Positions 40,900 through 53,983 of a stretch of 64,000 nt of DNA are shown here, piece by piece. Made by a program: the position numbers and the translations under genes. The stretch lies in contig OZ024741.1 in assembly GCA_964016885.1 (NCBI GenBank), forward strand, positions 314,092,001 through 314,156,000, in the 5' to 3' direction. The DNA comes from Eledone cirrhosa. Lineage: Eukaryota. Each line of letters opens with the position of its first letter. The stretch's first letter is position 1. The notes beneath the pieces were generated by a model. It worked only from the letters and a program-made list of their open reading frames with translations. It did no database searches and was not told the DNA's origin.

Positions 40900-41825
40900 T
40901 TCTCCCTCTGCTCTATTTTTCTCTTTTGCTAACGCTTTACTAAACCTAATGAACATTATTTTAATTATCCTTCTCAGGGCGAACCACCATTTGTTGTTGT
41001 CGATTGCACTCGTCAACGACCACTTAACTAGTTCGCTAATCCGGTCTCTGTAGCCTTTGCAAACTGTCAACGACGTGTTTAGCTTCCAGTAGACGGGTCC
41101 CTCTCTATGAAGCTATCTAAGTCAACTACACTGGCCACGACCTTGTGGTCTGTGTCGTCGACTATTTTGAATTGTAGACAACATATGCTAGAACTATCTA
41201 TTTCCTTACAAATACTCTATCTAGATACGATCTGGATGACCCGAAGCGGTTTGACCATGTCCACATTCGCACATTCGGGAAATCCAGTCGGTACCTGTCA
41301 GATAGTTGGAAACGTCTTAGTAGGTTTGCGAGGCTTTTACACCCTCCTCCCCTATTCGCTAATACTACACAATACCAGCGTGAACCCAATATCCCGTTCC
41401 AATGGCCCACTAATATTAAAGTGCGGGGTGTTCCCAGGAAGGTTTCCAGTCGCCTGAAGAAATCAGGCCGTCCTGCCTCTGTCGGGGCATAAACAGCCAC
41501 CAGCCTAAAAGTATAGCCTTCGCTGCTGGTCACGTCCAGCACCACCGACTTACCTTTTGGGTACAGGAAGATGGTCCGTATCACGAGATCCAGGACTCTC
41601 CGAAATAACACAGTGAGTCCGCCTCCTGATCCCGGCCGGCTTGGAGATGCCTACACATCGTAACCACCGAAGATGTGTGCGAAGGCATGTGCCTCGGAAC
41701 TTCTGGTCTCCCTGATGGCCACTACATCTATGTTCATTGACACGTGGTCAGTGAGGAGGTGACCCTGCTTCTAGGACGAACCTAGGCCACGTGCATTTAT
41801 GATGCTTATTCTGGGTAAGGTCATT
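40900..41825 (-). mobile_element. L1/Tx1-like LINE ORF2 fragment (APE endonuclease), decayed
   Basis: SIINARGL, VVAIRET, LVAVYAP..RPDFF, SYLDRVFV, DHKVV. Confidence 0.75.
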
Positions 41826-42107
41826 TTATTTAGACCCTAATGCATTTTAATCATTCAAAGTGGCTAAATACAAATGACTAATTACAAATTTTGCAAAGAA
41901 AACGAACAGATAAAAGAGATACAACTCTCTGTTCCCACTAAATATAAAATTCTCAGCTCCCACGACCACATTTTCGCCAAATCCCTCCCACCACCACATT
42001 TACATACACTCAAGTCAACCTCCAATCTATTTATAGATAAAAGTCACTGACCTTGAAACATAAGCAACCTGCTACCAACCACACTACTTCATGTGCTGAA
42101 TAAGTGT

Positions 42108-42187
<80 letters not shown>

Positions 42188-42256
42188 TATGAAGAGAGAA
42201 GAAACATTTAGATATAATTAGTAATAAAATGTATCATACCTAAACTGCTCCTAGGT

Positions 42257-42346
42257 TCCTCGACTACGTAGTTTCGTGGCATAAACAAAAACAGTACATC
42301 ATAAAGATATAGAGCCTTTGCGAGCTCTGCCGACTTATCAAGAGGA
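42257..42346 (-). ncRNA. Type I hammerhead ribozyme, U3-A8 core variant
   Basis: TCCTC-TTGATAA-GTcGGCA...TGCCAC-GAAAC-TACGTA-GTC-GAGGA; palindromic stem III ACTACGTAGT. Confidence 0.8.
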
Positions 42347-42662
42347 TACCTCATTTTACTAGCCTCAAGAACGCGTCTACACGACGTGAGAAAGAATCCC
42401 ACAAGGCGGAGGGGAAGATCGTCACGCGAAGTGTGGTGACTGCTGGAAAGCTGCCATTACTCATACTTCTCGCCTCCCTTACCACCTCTTCTACGGCTTC
42501 GATATAAATACCCCCTCCGCCTCCGTGGTATTTTCTTCGGGGTTATAAGAGGCTTAGCTCTGTTTCTCGACCGTTATATCGCGTGACGATCTCCCCCTTC
42601 GCCTTTTGGGATTCTTTCTCACGTCGTGTAGACGCGTTCTTGAGGCTAGTAAAATGAGGTAG

Positions 42663-42750
42663 CCTCTTGATAAGTCGGCAGACCTCGCAAAGGCACTATA
42701 TCTTTATGATGTACTGTTTTTGTTTATGCCACGAAACTACGTAGTCGTGG
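42663..42750 (+). ncRNA. Type I hammerhead ribozyme, U3-A8 core variant
   Basis: cctc-TTGATAA-GTcGGCA...TGCCAC-GAAAC-TACGTA-GTC-gtgg (one stem I mismatch). Confidence 0.72.
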
Positions 42751-42976
42751 AATCTAGGAGCAGTATGATGCATTTTATTACTAATTATATCTAAATGTTT
42801 CTTCTCTCTTCATAATGTATTTTTAACTCTGATACTGGTTCAGTCTGGTTCAACCGGATTGGTCTGTCCCGGTCATTCATTGAGCAACATCGGTAGGGTT
42901 GGCACCATTAACTCACGGTTGGATGTGGATGCATTCATGTATATGTGTGTGTCCGCATGTATCTGTGTGTTTCTAA

Positions 42977-43049
<73 letters not shown>

Positions 43050-43067
43050 ACTGTACTTACTATATTT

Positions 43068-43151
43068 ACCCTTACCGCGCAGTTTCAAGTCTCAAAATAA
43101 ATGGATAATCCACGCGGACCACCATCGAGAAGGAGACTCTCGTCAGAGGAT
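43068..43151 (-). ncRNA. Type I hammerhead ribozyme
   Basis: ATCCT-CTGACGA-GAGTCTC...GAGACTT-GAAAC-TGCGCG-GTA-AGGGT. Confidence 0.82.
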
Positions 43152-43579
43152 TCTTTTCACTCGGAGAATATAAAATTCCCGAGCTCAAATCACGAACTAG
43201 CGCCATACAGAACTGTTCCCGGATGAGAGTGTATGATAAAGAAACAATCTTGTCTAGTACCCGTGTGTAAAGATAGAAGGCAAGGGCGGAAAGGTCAATG
43301 TACTGCCACTAGAAACAGCAGCAGTTAAAACGACCAAAATGTTATCTCTACCTTAGAGGAGATTAATATTAATAAAGTATGTTTTCCTACGTGCAAAAAA
43401 TGCATATAGGGATACATGTATTATCCAAACGTATGCCAATGTGGTTCTATGGCTTCTATCTTTACACACGGCACTAGACAAGATTGTTTCTTTATCATAC
43501 ACTCTCATCCGGGGACAGTTCTATATGGCGCCAGTTCGTGATTTGAACTCGGGAATTTTATATTCTCCGAGTGAGAAGA

Positions 43580-43659
43580 AACCTCTGACGAGAGTCTCCT
43601 TCTGGTGGTCCGCATGGATTATCCATTTATTTTGATACTTGAAACCGCGCGGTAAGGGT
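43580..43659 (+). ncRNA. Type I hammerhead ribozyme
   Basis: cct-CTGACGA-gagtctc...gatactt-GAAAC-CGCGCG-GTA-agg; palindromic stem III ACCGCGCGGT. Confidence 0.78.
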
Positions 43660-43743
43660 AAATATAGTAAGTACAGTGAACTTTTTAAAATTTATTTTAA
43701 AACTCTTTCTCTATTTACTAAACCTTGAGTATATATATATATA

Positions 43744-44745
43744 TCTGTATATATATAAAATTAAGTATGTGTGTGTGTCTGTGTGTCAGTTTATTACTTA
43801 CAACTTACGACCGATTTTCATGAAACTTTACAAGCGCATAGATTCGTCATCCGGGAGTGTTTTCTAAGTATCAGGGTATCGTGTTTTTTTCATTCCGGGG
43901 TCATTCTGCAGATAAAATCGATAGGGAGTCACCTTTTTTTAGGTATCGAAAAATAAGAATCTTGGCTCTAGCTCCCACATTTTGTCACCGATTTCGTTCA
44001 AATTTTAAAACAAAATAGAATTTATCATTGCACATCCTTTAATGGCTTTAGCTTTTGCATTTTTTGTTCAGGGACGGTGTAATAGCCGCTTAAATATTCA
44101 AAAATACCACTTTTAAACTCAAATTTCCACTTTTACGGCTCTAGCTCCCACATTAATCAAACTACTTTGTTCAAATTTTACACTACGCTATATCTTATTA
44201 TTGCACGTCTTAAAGTGGCTTTACATTCTGGAAATTTTGTTCAGGAACGGCGTGCAGCCGCTAAAATATTCGAAAATACCACCTTTTCGCTCAAATTTTC
44301 GCCTTCTCGGCTCTAGCTCCCACATTTTTCAATCGATTTCGTTCAAATTCTATACTTCGGCTCCACCTCACACATAAATCAATTTATTTGGTTCAACTTT
44401 TATAGTACGATAGAACCTATCATAGCACATCTCATAGATGGTTAAAGGCAAAACGATGGCCACTGACGTCGTCTGAGCTTTTAGTTGGGTATTTGAGAAT
44501 TCATCGGTTTCCAATCAAGTAGCGTGAGGAAATTTGGGTTAGAGTTAGAGGTCATTACCTCCCTCCCCCATCATGCCCTTTCGTCACTCACCCGCGTTTC
44601 TCAGTGATAGAGGTCATCACCACCCTCCACTGCATGGCCTGTGTGTGGCCATAGATTAGTCATCGAGAAGCAGTCGCTAAGATCAACACCTTTTCATTAA
44701 ACCAGATATTACTTTACCTACCCAGGCAATGCTGGTTACTGCTGC

Positions 44746-44750
<5 letters not shown>
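43744..44750 (+). mobile_element. Helitron-like non-autonomous element with internal ~170-bp repeats
   Basis: Starts TCTGTATATATATAAAA followed by (GT)n; ggctctagctcccacatt at ~43963, 44136 and 44309; decayed 3' end resembling that at 51890-51913. Confidence 0.55.
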
Positions 44751-45800
<1,050 letters not shown>

Positions 45801-46403
45801 CGCGTTGCGCGCGCGCGTGTGTGTGTGTTTGTGGGTGTGTATGTATTTGTGTGTGCGTAAATATGTGTATGTCCGTCGGGGCATACGTATGTACTGGCCT
45901 AAATCTTCACTGTTTACTTTTACTATTTTAATAACCTCTGTCATTTTCGTTTTCAACTTTATTTATATCATTCTTAAACTCCGGGGTTAGAAATCATTCT
46001 GCTATTTTAAATAGAATATTAGTCTAACGACTCCATTTATACCATAAACTTGGTCTTCTCGCTCCACATAACGACGTATTATCCTCGCATTTTTTTTCGT
46101 TCATTGCCATGGAACGTCTTCACGAACCAAAATATCGTCTTCCTGTTTTCCTTCGGTTGCAACGTTTCTCGAAATATTTACTTCTGCGTTCACATATTAC
46201 TCTCAGTTCAATTTGAATGGGAAATTCCTGTTTCATCGATTTTTTTTCCGTAACCATGGAAGCTTGTAGGTTGAAAGTCGACCCAATGCCTCCTCGGGTC
46301 ATTCTGCATAACCGTGTAAATTTTTGCTGCATTCCGCCAAGCCGTTTCGACGTTTATCCGACTACACCTACATATACAACGTCCGACCACTTCCAATTTA
46401 TAT

Positions 46404-46542
<139 letters not shown>

Positions 46543-46599
46543 TTAAAAATTTCGCTCTACATGGCTGAATACAATAAATGTAACCTGACTTTTTCGAAT

Positions 46600-46785
46600 A
46601 TTAATAATTGTTTCTACTTTTGGCACAAGGCCCACAATTAAACCAGTGTATTACTGGTGCTTTATTTTATCAACCCCGTAAGGATTTAAGGCAAAGTTAA
46701 CCTCGGCGGGATTTGAACTCAGACCATAAAGGGCCGTAGCTCTTTGGTGGAAAACATAGCGTCCGACCCTATACCGATAATGATT
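46600..46785 (-). mobile_element. tRNA-derived SINE
   Basis: Homologous to 8025-8215. Confidence 0.75.
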
Positions 46786-46933
46786 AATAATAACATTCGA
46801 TTAGCGTGCAATTATGCAAACAAGCCTCATTGTTAACGCCAGTCTGATAATATGCAAATCAGGCCGATCAGTCACATTTTCGAAAATAGCATATATTTTC
46901 ACTATTCTGACAGTTGTCAGGTGAACAGTGAAC

Positions 46934-46975
46934 TGTACTGATGAAGAGTGATACCCAGAAATATTAGTGTTTACA
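46934..46975 (+). ncRNA. Minimal type I hammerhead ribozyme
   Basis: TGTA-CTGATGA-agagt gat accca-GAAAT-attagt-GTT-TACA. Confidence 0.6.
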
Positions 46976-47180
46976 ATTCTGTTTACATGCCGACACAAGA
47001 GCAAGAATGGGGGGCTCATTCTACTGACATGGCGTTAAAAATGAGGCTTGTTTGCATAATAGCAAACGAATCGAATGTTACTAATAAATATTCGAAAAAC
47101 TCAGATTATATTTATTAAATATATATATATATTCATATATTTATATATATATTTATATATATTTATATATACATATTTAT

Positions 47181-47258
<78 letters not shown>

Positions 47259-47269
47259 ATGGACCTTAA

Positions 47270-49233
47270 TACATACAATAATTTCATACGACGTGAACTG
47301 CACAAAAAATACAAAAAAAAAAAACAATTGAATCTACACTCACTAGCATTAATAAGGAAGGACTAAGCATAGTAAAAAAACTTAAAATATCCGATAGAAC
47401 CGAGCCTCTAACCCCATGTAGCCCCACATTTAACCTTAAGGATCACAAAAAAAAATTGAAACAAACCCTGTAATTAGATTAATATGCCCATCCAAGTCAG
47501 ATATCGGTAAAATTAGTAAATACATTCTAGATAGGGTAATCGCACAAATTAAGGGAAAACTAGTAATCAACTTATGAGGTAACACTAACGAAGCTATAGA
47601 ATGGTTCAGTAAAATAAGAAACAGAGAAACATACAACTTCATACAATTCGACATAAATGATTACTACCACTCCGTTTCCCTAGTCACCCTAGATAAAGCG
47701 CTAACCTTTGCCCCCCAAAACATCGGACCTTACCTCAGATGAAATTAAAATAGTACTAGCTGCTAGAAGGACTATCATAAAATTCGAAAATAGCTACTTG
47801 GAAAGAAAAAATAGGAAGAATAGCTTCGATATCACAATGGGATCGAACGACTCAGTGGGATATTTATAGCACACATCTTACATAAATAATTCAATAACTT
47901 CCAAGGAGGAATTTATAGAGATGATACGCTCCTTATAGCTAAAAACGTAAATAACCAGAACATGGAAAGATTACGAAAAACATTAGAACATTCTTCAAGA
48001 AACTAGGCCTAGATATGACTTTCAAACTTAATTTTTAAAAAGAAAATTTTTTAGATAGAACCCTTCCCTAAAAATAATGAAAATCTGGCCTACATTAGTT
48101 AGAACTCAAACCACCCCAGATCAATAATTAACTCCATAGCACGTAGTATATCCCTCAGAATATCCCGCCTATCCTCAAACCTGGACATTTTTAATGAACA
48201 TGCTAATTATTATAACGCAACATTACATAAGGCTGGACACAAAGAAAAGCTGCAGTTTATAACAGATAGGGACAACATTAACAAATCCGATAACACCAAC
48301 ACTACCCGCTCATACAAAAATAAAGACACGGAACTAAGCATAGAACTAGACAACTAGCGCCTAAAGTAGGAGGACAGAGCACTAATAATAGAAACCTCCA
48401 AAACTATAGAAGAACTAGAGAAAGAAAATACCTATGGTTCAATCCGATCTTCAGCTCCTCTATAAGAGCTAAACTGCCTTCTACGTTTTTTAAACTAATA
48501 GATAAGCACTTCCCTACATCGCATAAATACTATAAAATCTTCAATAGAAAAACTATAAAACTTTCATACTCAACTGCAGCCAACATACGTAAGATCAACC
48601 ACAAAAATATCTCTAAGGAAATTGCCCCACCAATACGCAACATAGCACCAAATACAAAACACAAACACATAACAGTATCACAACCACAAACGTATCGGAA
48701 CATACCACAGCAAAACTTCAATAGGCAGGAATCGCAACCCACACATAACAATTAACAAAACCGCAATGTGAAAGCTGCACGGAATAATACCTCAAACTGC
48801 AATTGCCACCTACCAGATAAGTGCCCATTAGGGAATAGGTGCCTAGTAGCTTAGTGTACATGTGTACTGTAAACTCGGGCAACTCCACCTGGCACTACAT
48901 AGGATCCACTGCGGGTGATTTTAAAAAAGGTGGTATGTCCACAGACATTCAATGAGGAACCGTGCACTGGGGAATTCTACAACCGTCGGCAATAAAATCT
49001 GGCAACTTATGGACAAAAACCTTGATTACAATATTAGCTGGTCAAAATTAGCGTCCGCAAAGGCCTATAGCAGCGGTATGTCCCATTGCGGGCTCTGCAA
49101 CCTTGAATTACTACATATATTAAGGTACGATAAAATGCTACTTAACAGCAAAATAGAAAGGTTAATTTTCTGCAGACATAGGACTGCTACTAAATTTACG
49201 AGATTTAAACCACCGCGATTCGAACCAGCATAA
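47270..49233 (+). mobile_element. Decayed 5'-truncated PLE (RT plus GIY-YIG)
   Basis: RLICPSKSDIGKISK, QFDINDYY, FDITMGSND, GIYRDDTL, WFNP, CNCHLPDKCPL, YIGST, CGLCNLE; multiple disablements. Confidence 0.9.
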
Positions 49234-49654
49234 AAAAATTATATTTTATCGTCAGATAAAAAATAATAATTGGTGTTAAGATAGTCACATATCTTCATGT
49301 GAACTTAATTTTATAAATTCAGTGAGGATAATGAATAGAGATATTCAACACCCAAGGGAAATATGCTAATGAGGATAACGTTAAAACTGAAAGAGCCGTT
49401 TTACTAATCACATGCAATAATAGATTATGCATAATACTATACATCTTTACTTTAAAAAATATAATTACTTTCACATGTTTAAAGTATATATATATAAAAT
49501 GCATACATATTGTTGCTTGATCTATCTTACGCTCATTTTTAATTCTATGTCTATATATACATTTAAATATGATCTATATTCACCCGTAATCATTTATGTA
49601 ATAAATAATTATTTATTTTTTAAATAATGATATGTAACAATGTCTTATACTACA

Positions 49655-50137
49655 ATCTTTTGAGCTGACTTTTGGGATGCTCCCATACAGCTCTGGGTTT
49701 TTCTTCCTCAGTGTATACTGATTAATGTTCAGAGCCATCCTCAGCATTCTCGTGTAGCACCCATCCACCATCTGAGTGAGTTACTTGGTCAGTGTCCAAA
49801 TCTCAGACCCATACAACAGCACAGACTCCACTACAGCAATGAAGAGCTGTATGGGAGCATCCCAAAAGTCAGCTCAAAAGTGACACAGAGGAGACTGAGG
49901 TTAGCTGGACTTGCTCACCGACATCCAGAGTTGACATTGCACTCAGTGTTCGTTTGGGAGCCCCTACATGAACACACTAGAAGATGAAGACCAAGGTTAA
50001 CGTATGTTGATGCCCTAAGGACAGACACTGGTCTGTTGGAGACGCAGGACATGGCAGCCATAATGAGGGACAGAGACCGCTGGAGAGAACTCGTCCATGG
50101 ATCTCAGGAATTTTACCCGCCTTAGATAGATAGATAC
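49655..50137 (+). mobile_element. LINE (RTE-like) 3' fragment with 5' inversion
   Basis: 49657-49693 is inverted relative to 49843-49880; [27 protein letters not shown]; (TAGA)n tail. Confidence 0.75.
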
Positions 50138-50535
50138 TACAATCTATATATATAACTGATGTTGTCTCCGTGTGTGTCCTAATTTTTGTAAAGTTTATAC
50201 AAATCCACATTTTTACTACGATTGACTTCAAACTTGCATTTATGTATTCCTTGCGGGCTAAAGATATTAACTTCGCCTTTTATTTTTCAATTTTCTGTTG
50301 TTAAAGGGGTGTGAGGCGCCGGTTATCCATCTCCGTCACGCTCTTATAATATCTGTATGTATGCCTGCCTGTCTGCATTACGACATTCAGTTGAATATTG
50401 ATGACGTATTATGTTCGCTATTATCCGTTCATTGCCAGGGACAGTCTTCACGAACCAAAGTATCGTCTTCCTGTTTTCTTTCGGTTGCAACGTTTTTCGA
50501 AATATTTACTTCTGCGTTCACAGATTGATGTTTTT

Positions 50536-50586
50536 AGTTTCAGAAGATCCCGTTAAGGGTGAAAGCAACAATTATTTGCTTAAACT
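50536..50586 (+). ncRNA. Hammerhead-like motif with CAGAAGA (U4A) core
   Basis: AGTTT-CAGAAGA-tCCC gttaa GGGt-GAAA-GCAA caattat TTGC-TT-AAACT; all three stems pair. Confidence 0.55.
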
Positions 50587-50664
50587 TTAATCTGTTATTT
50601 TAATCTATATATGTATGTATATAAATCTGAGGAAGGATGTATTTATGATTGTATGTATGTATTA

Positions 50665-51275
50665 TGTCAGGTCACCAGTTGGTGCTACTGGCAACATGTA
50701 TCCCAGTACAACCTGTCTCATGGTCGGGTCATTGGCGACTAATCTGGCAACCCCACCAAGGTTTCTTGGTGAGGAGGGTGACTTTGGACATCCTGCAGGA
50801 CTGAAAAAAAAACCTGTCAAAGGGCAACGGAGCTCTTAAGAGTCAATGGCCATCCAAAAATCACCGGGAGAGATGACCCCTTAACCTTTGTCAAGGCAGA
50901 ATTCTAGGAGAAGGAAAACTCTGATATAACACCTGCAACTCTGATGCTATCCAATGATGTTGACTTGTTCTTCTTTTTGGTAAATATCATCTTGGTTAAG
51001 AGAGTGGGACTGGCTTTGTGCAGTGCCTTTGCTCACTATAAAAGCTTCACGGCACAGGCATTGCTTTATGTCTGGAGATCTCTCTGCACTTGTCGTCACA
51101 TGGTACCATGGGCCCAGCACTATGTGTCAATAATTGTCACAAGTGTAGTTTTTGTACCAGAGTTTTCACGTCGCTGGCTGGACTAAAATGTCACACTCGT
51201 TCAGCGCATCGGTAGGAGTTCTCCTACATGGATATAAAGTAGTGGCCGTACTCGAAAACGAGTTGGCAGCCACCA
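50665..51275 (+). mobile_element. RTE-type 5' UTR-derived fragment
   Basis: ctaggagaaggaaaactctg motif typical of RTE 5' UTRs; second copy at 44826-45237. Confidence 0.55.
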
Positions 51276-51934
51276 TGTATGCATGTATGTATGTGTGTAT
51301 GTGTGTATATGTGTGTGTGTGTCTGTGAAACCCGAGAAGTACCCAACCGATCTTTTTCAAACTTTACATGTGTATTACTTATATTTCAGGGAGTGTTATG
51401 CACATAAACAAAATTCAACTTTTTGATCCCCTAGGGCCCGCATTAGGTAAAAAACTGCATATTTTCCAGCTTTTTAGGGATTTTTTGAGACGTTAGGTCA
51501 GACCGATTTCCTTGAAATTGTAACTATGTATTAGTCAGTCTCTTCTTCGTACCGTTAGCAAAGAAAATCCAACTTATTTATGGCCTAGGGCCCGCATTAG
51601 GTGAAACACTTCATTTTTTTGCAGCTTTTTAGGGTTTTTTGAGGCGTTACGTCTAGCCGATTTTCCCGAAATTTCAAGGCATATTATGCACATTAAAAAA
51701 ATTCAGTTTTTTTATCCCCTAAGGTCTGCATTAGGTGAAAATCTGCATTTTTCCTGCTTCATCGAGGAAAATCTTAGATTATCCAGTCATCAGAGTATTC
51801 GTTTTATTTTCTTTACATATTGTCCAGACATGCAATTTTTCCACGATTAGGTCTGTTGGCGGCCCGCGTTCCAAAATACCTTATCCCATGCAACGCCGGG
51901 TACCACTGCTAGTAATTTATATTTATAACTACAC

Positions 51935-52750
51935 TCATGATATTAAAGGTGGTAGAAAAGCCCCGAACTACCATGACATCCCTGATCAGCAAAACATACC
52001 CTTTTAAGAAAACCCACTGTACTAATAGGAAATGTATTATATGTAAAGTAAACCCCGGGATAAACTGTCAAACTAGAAACGTAGTCTATAGCATAAGATG
52101 TACAGAGGGTACTTGCAGAAACATGAAACAACATACATAGGCGAGACAGCTCGTAGCATGGGAGAAAGGATAGACCAACATTGGGGGGGGGGGAACTAAA
52201 AGGACGGATAAACGGTTCAGTACTATACGAACACGCCAGACGACATGACGGTAACATAGACGACATAGAAATTAAAATAATATCTAAACATAGAAATGAC
52301 CCAGCAGATAGGCAAATCAGAGAGGCAAGTGAAATAGAGTTTAGAAGGCCAAAGCTAAACAAAAAAAATGAATGGAATAACAACAACTCCCAAACAAACA
52401 ATACTGACTTAAGAGAAATATAAATAAATAAATAAATAAATATATACACAAACACAATAACAACAAACACATATAAACACACACTAGTAAATTAAGATGA
52501 AATACAATAACCAAAACACAATCACCCAAACGCGACACACACCTAACACTATACACACACGCAAACGCATGCGCCGAGAAGAAGACAAAAATAAGTAAAT
52601 AAATAAACCGATAAAATAAAAATGGCGTAGATATACAATACAACACAACAGAAGGAACATAATAGTACCACTGATGATGTTACAGATGTGCAACGAAAGA
52701 ACTTTGTTAGACTATATATGTGTTTATTATATCTGTATTGTTGACCGTTG
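51935..52750 (+). mobile_element. 3' fragment of a PLE (GIY-YIG, 3' UTR, minimal HHR at ~52663-52715)
   Basis: Closely similar to 30060-30900; CTGATGA-tGTTaCA gatg TGcAAC-GAAAG. Confidence 0.88.
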
Positions 52751-52790
52751 TGTAGGTATGTGCGTGGAAGTGTGTGAATGTAGGCTTATG

Positions 52791-52893
<103 letters not shown>

Positions 52894-53311
52894 GTGTATG
52901 TGTGTGTGTGTGTGTATATATATATAGATATATGCAAGTCTGTGTTTTGGGATGTGTGTATGTATATATATATATATATATTAGTAAAATGAAAAAAAAT
53001 GCTGACATTGGGTGTGCGTGTACACATACATATGTGTATATGTGTATCTGTGTAGGCGTAGACATGGTTATTGGTAGATATATGTATACGTTTGCGCCCA
53101 CATTGTATTAATTTGCTGACCAGGTTTGGGTTATGGACAGGGCATGCGTGAAAAACTGCAGACAGTGGACGCATTTGACTGTTCAAAGGAGGGCGGTGAC
53201 GCTTGGAATTCTAAACCAATGATAAGGCCGTATCAATAGGACGATGTCAATTGTTGACGATGGAACGGATCCAATGGTTTCAATCGGATGAAATGCTTTG
53301 AATGGGCTAAA

Positions 53312-53401
53312 CATATCTGAGAACCTTGCGAATGCAGAGTCAGGTTCGATCTGTAATAGATCCTGCCTTGAGCTGATCGTCGGAGAAACATACGTAATAC
53401 C
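53312..53401 (+). ncRNA. Decayed hammerhead motif of the 36324 pLTR family
   Basis: tat-CTGAGAA...GAAAC-atac-GTA-ata then AATAAA; core mutated. Confidence 0.5.
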
Positions 53402-53458
53402 TTAATAAATTGTGTTTTGATGCATCACTGATTCCTCGTTATCTATAATATGTATATA

Positions 53459-53517
<59 letters not shown>

Positions 53518-53523
<6 letters not shown>

Positions 53524-53812
53524 AAAGGATAACAAGGACGATTGATTACTCTTTCATTGCATTTATTGATAGGTGACGCGCGTTTCGCCACTGATTAGCT
53601 CAAGGTTCGATCTGTATCGATCCTACTCGACGCAATAAATGCTATAAGATTTTCTTATAGCATTTTAAGAGGGTCCGTCGAGCTGCCGATTATTGAGTCG
53701 AGTAGGATCGATACAGATCGAACCTTGAGCTAATCAGTGGCGAAACGCGCGTCACCTATCAATAAATGCAATGAAGGAGTAATCAATCGTCCTTGTTATC
53801 CTTTCAATATAT
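53518..53812. repeat. Fold-back inverted repeat (~112-bp arms) carrying the 3' half of an HHR
   Basis: 53518-53631 is the reverse complement of 53697-53811; GAAAC-GCGC-GTC then AATAAA; no CTGANGA half seen. Confidence 0.8.
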
Positions 53813-53908
53813 TACACTCTGTATAGCTCTACACCTCATCACAGAAGTGAACCTAAACATCGAGTGCTCTCCCGGGTGAACCTGCAGTAACTCTTAGTTA
53901 CACCTCCT

Positions 53909-53979
<71 letters not shown>

Positions 53980-53983
<4 letters not shown>

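Larger units (their letters stand above)
42183..42820. mobile_element. Inverted pair of pLTR-like fragments, each with an HHR
   Basis: 42183-42428 is the reverse complement of 42580-42820. Confidence 0.85.
43049..43730. mobile_element. Inverted pair of pLTR-like fragments, each with an HHR
   Basis: 43049-43282 is the reverse complement of ~43452-43678. Confidence 0.85.
46586..47104. mobile_element. Inverted-repeat element with an internal HHR; left arm interrupted by a SINE
   Basis: 46586-46606 plus 46786-46841 are inverted relative to 47030-47104. Confidence 0.65.
50142..51913 (+). mobile_element. Helitron-like composite element with nested RTE-derived insertion (~50665-51275)
   Basis: Starts ATCTATATATATAA, ends CAACGCCGGGTACCACTGCTAGT; shares blocks with 35469-36200 and 46110-46190. 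Confidence 0.65.

Noticed and set aside
49240-49260. CTGACGA on the minus strand after the PLE ORF
   Set aside because: No matching GAAA, stem II or stem III; not called as a ribozyme
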